A stretch of 49,868 bases of DNA from a candidate division WOR-3 bacterium (GTDB lineage: Bacteria; Hydrothermota; Tepidihabitantia; SM23-42; CAYGYG01): NCBI GenBank assembly GCA_965648915.1, contig CBFGIV010000014.1, positions 1 through 49,868 of the forward strand, in the 5' to 3' direction. Position 1 is the stretch's first letter; each line of letters opens with the position of its first letter. This document shows, piece after piece, positions 48,014 to 49,868 of the stretch. Position numbers and translations under genes: made by a program. The notes beneath the pieces are model-generated. The model was not told the DNA's origin. It worked only from the letters and a program-made list of their open reading frames with translations, and did not search any database.

Positions 48014-49660
48014 TTATCTCAATAACACGAACCTCTGGACCTTAGCCTCTTTTCCCGATACCAGCTTCACAAAGTAAACACCCGAAGGGGCAGGGTTACC
48101 TTCGGACGAATATCCATCCCAGATAAGATGATGGTCTCCGGCCGGTCTACTCCTCCGCCATCTGACCAGTCTGCGCCCGATCCGATCATAAATCTCAATC
48201 AAAACATTTTCACCTCTGGGCAGATGATAAGAAATCTCTGCGGAGCGACGGGCTGGATTGGGCAGGATCGAAATATCAATTCCTGATGATCGATCCCGCA
48301 TTTTCTCATCTACTACCTGGGCAAATACTGTATCCGGCTCAGCAAGGTCACAGATGGTTGCAACCAGACATTTGATCATCTTGGTCATAAAGACCGTATC
48401 GAGGGTAGTTATACGGTCATTGGCTGTATGGTAGTAAGGGGTCAATACCCATTCCCAGAAACAGGCGGCTTCATATCCATTATTCCAGAAAGACTGGTGA
48501 TCAGATCCACCGGGTGTTGATGCCTGCTGTCGAATATTGAGACCGATATGATAGGTTGTATCCATCTCATAGAAGCGCTGGGTGAGAACTCTTGAACCGG
48601 CACGATTGCCATGCGCCGCATTGGCCGAATCCCTTGATCTGATGTTATAACCTAACATCTCACCGTTTAAGGCACCGAGGATTGAATCGCCCCTTGCCCT
48701 TGCTTCAGAGGCATAGCGCGCACTACCATAGATTCCCTGTTCTTCAGCGTTAAAGGCGATAAATTTAATCGTCCGTTTAAACGGAATGCGTGCCGTAACT
48801 TTAGCACCGATCAGAACTGCAATCGTGCTTGTGCCATTATCATCCGCACCGGGTGCCCGACCGGACGATGGGACACAGTCGATATGGGCGCAGAGAATAT
48901 ACTGCTGTCTTGGATAGACCCGACCAATCTTGGTTACCACAATGTTGGAATCAGTATAACTCGACCAGGTAAAAGGATGAAATCTTACCGAATCAATACC
49001 CATATAAGATGAAGCCCGTTCATAAAAATACCAGATGGCTGATGAGTTCTTGACATTGGTTGTATACCTCGAGACAATAGTATCGAGTCGGCCCCGGATC
49101 GTTGTCGGCCGTTCGCCTGTAAGGTCCCTCAGCATACCCGAGACCTCTCCCACAGTAATCTGATCAATAATCCATTTAATCACTGGATTATATGATGGAG
49201 CCGGGGGGATATAATACGGTCGAGTAAAACTTGGAACTATCGGTCGCCTTGAGACGGCCGCAAGGTGAAATTGGTGATCGAGCAGGTAATCAATAGGACG
49301 AGATTTTACCTGGATAAAGAAAGTGTTATGGTCTTCGGCAAGAATTTGACCATATTGGCCGATGAACCTGCGCGCTTCATAAAGGCTGAGATTTCCCGGA
49401 GGATAGGCGAGGTAGAAAGTTCCGTCCGGGTCGATCGTCTCAATCTTTCGATAACTCAGTCCCGTCTTCAGGATCGCTGCCTCCGAACCTTCGGCAATGA
49501 TTGAATTTTCCATAATTGCATAAATCGTAAGCCCTGAGCCAGCGAGGGCAACTCGATCTCCATCCTGTCGGGTAAGAATCTGGAGTAATGAACAATCCTG
49601 GGCACCATCAAGGAATGTGCTTAGAACCAAGATCAAAGAGATAAATTTGAACAACTTCAT
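48014..49660 (-). CDS. Secreted M28 family aminopeptidase with C-terminal sorting domain
   Basis: CAHID, GADDNGT, NAEEQG..GS, SDHQSFW, YHTAND, PSGVYF. Confidence 0.9.
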   Translation of the reverse strand: MKLFKFISLILVLSTFLDGAQDCSLLQILTRQDGDRVALAGSGLTIYAIMENSIIAEGSEAAILKTGLSYRKIETIDPDGTFYLAYPPGNLSLYEARRFIGQYGQILAEDHNTFFIQVKSRPIDYLLDHQFHLAAVSRRPIVPSFTRPYYIPPAPSYNPVIKWIIDQITVGEVSGMLRDLTGERPTTIRGRLDTIVSRYTTNVKNSSAIWYFYERASSYMGIDSVRFHPFTWSSYTDSNIVVTKIGRVYPRQQYILCAHIDCVPSSGRAPGADDNGTSTIAVLIGAKVTARIPFKRTIKFIAFNAEEQGIYGSARYASEARARGDSILGALNGEMLGYNIRSRDSANAAHGNRAGSRVLTQRFYEMDTTYHIGLNIRQQASTPGGSDHQSFWNNGYEAACFWEWVLTPYYHTANDRITTLDTVFMTKMIKCLVATICDLAEPDTVFAQVVDEKMRDRSSGIDISILPNPARRSAEISYHLPRGENVLIEIYDRIGRRLVRWRRSRPAGDHHLIWDGYSSEGNPAPSGVYFVKLVSGKEAKVQRFVLLR

Positions 49661-49868
49661 TAAACCTCCTTGCGCACCTTAAATATTCTTTAGCATAATA
49701 GTAACCGGTGTCACTAAATTCATGCAGGAGTACACAATCAGATCCTTAATATCATTAACATCAATATTATAATCATTTACACTATCCAGTCAAGAATAAA
49801 ATGAAAAATGGCTCTTGGATATCATTTTGTTTCTCTTTATAATTGGTAAAGGAGGCTTTATGCCAGAA

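Noticed and set aside
49816..49868. Possible sigma54-like site TGGATATCATTTTGTT and an ORF start at 49860
   Set aside because: The -12 has GT instead of GC. The ORF has a good RBS but is cut off after three codons, so no call is possible.

Overview
Bacterial chromosomal window, probably from an anaerobic FCB-superphylum-type lineage such as candidate division WOR-3. This placement is inferred from seven secreted proteins carrying a GIEE-type linker and a FlgD/T9SS-like C-terminal domain. Housekeeping content: purB, HtrA protease, transaldolase, queG, tRNA-Ala(CGC), pyruvoyl arginine decarboxylase, rpsP-khpA-trmD-rplS-rnhB-yraN (no rimM), a transglutaminase-ABC module, nrdR-nrdD, metH-metF, and a SAM-I riboswitch ahead of NIL-ferredoxin and ApbE-like genes. 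The most interesting part is an AT-rich block at about 24.6-35.6 kb that looks like a self-contained sigma54 circuit. Tandem enhancer palindromes and a -24/-12 promoter precede a 58-aa stand-alone Fis-type HTH that the ORF track missed. Its recognition helix (IDRSTLFRK) is identical to that of the sigma54 response regulator at the far end of the block. Between them lie a GC-rich structured leader with alternative pairings, two paralogous Trp-rich secreted proteins, a membrane-anchored protein, a papain-like protease with an 8-repeat propeller, and an FG-GAP sensor kinase. Other signals: a second sigma54 promoter driving a 6-Cys mini-protein, three 18-bp palindromes bracketing an ArsR gene, mostly 16-bp sigma70 spacers, and several apparently leaderless genes. 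No CRISPR array, rRNA or transposase was seen. All calls are by eye, with no database searches.
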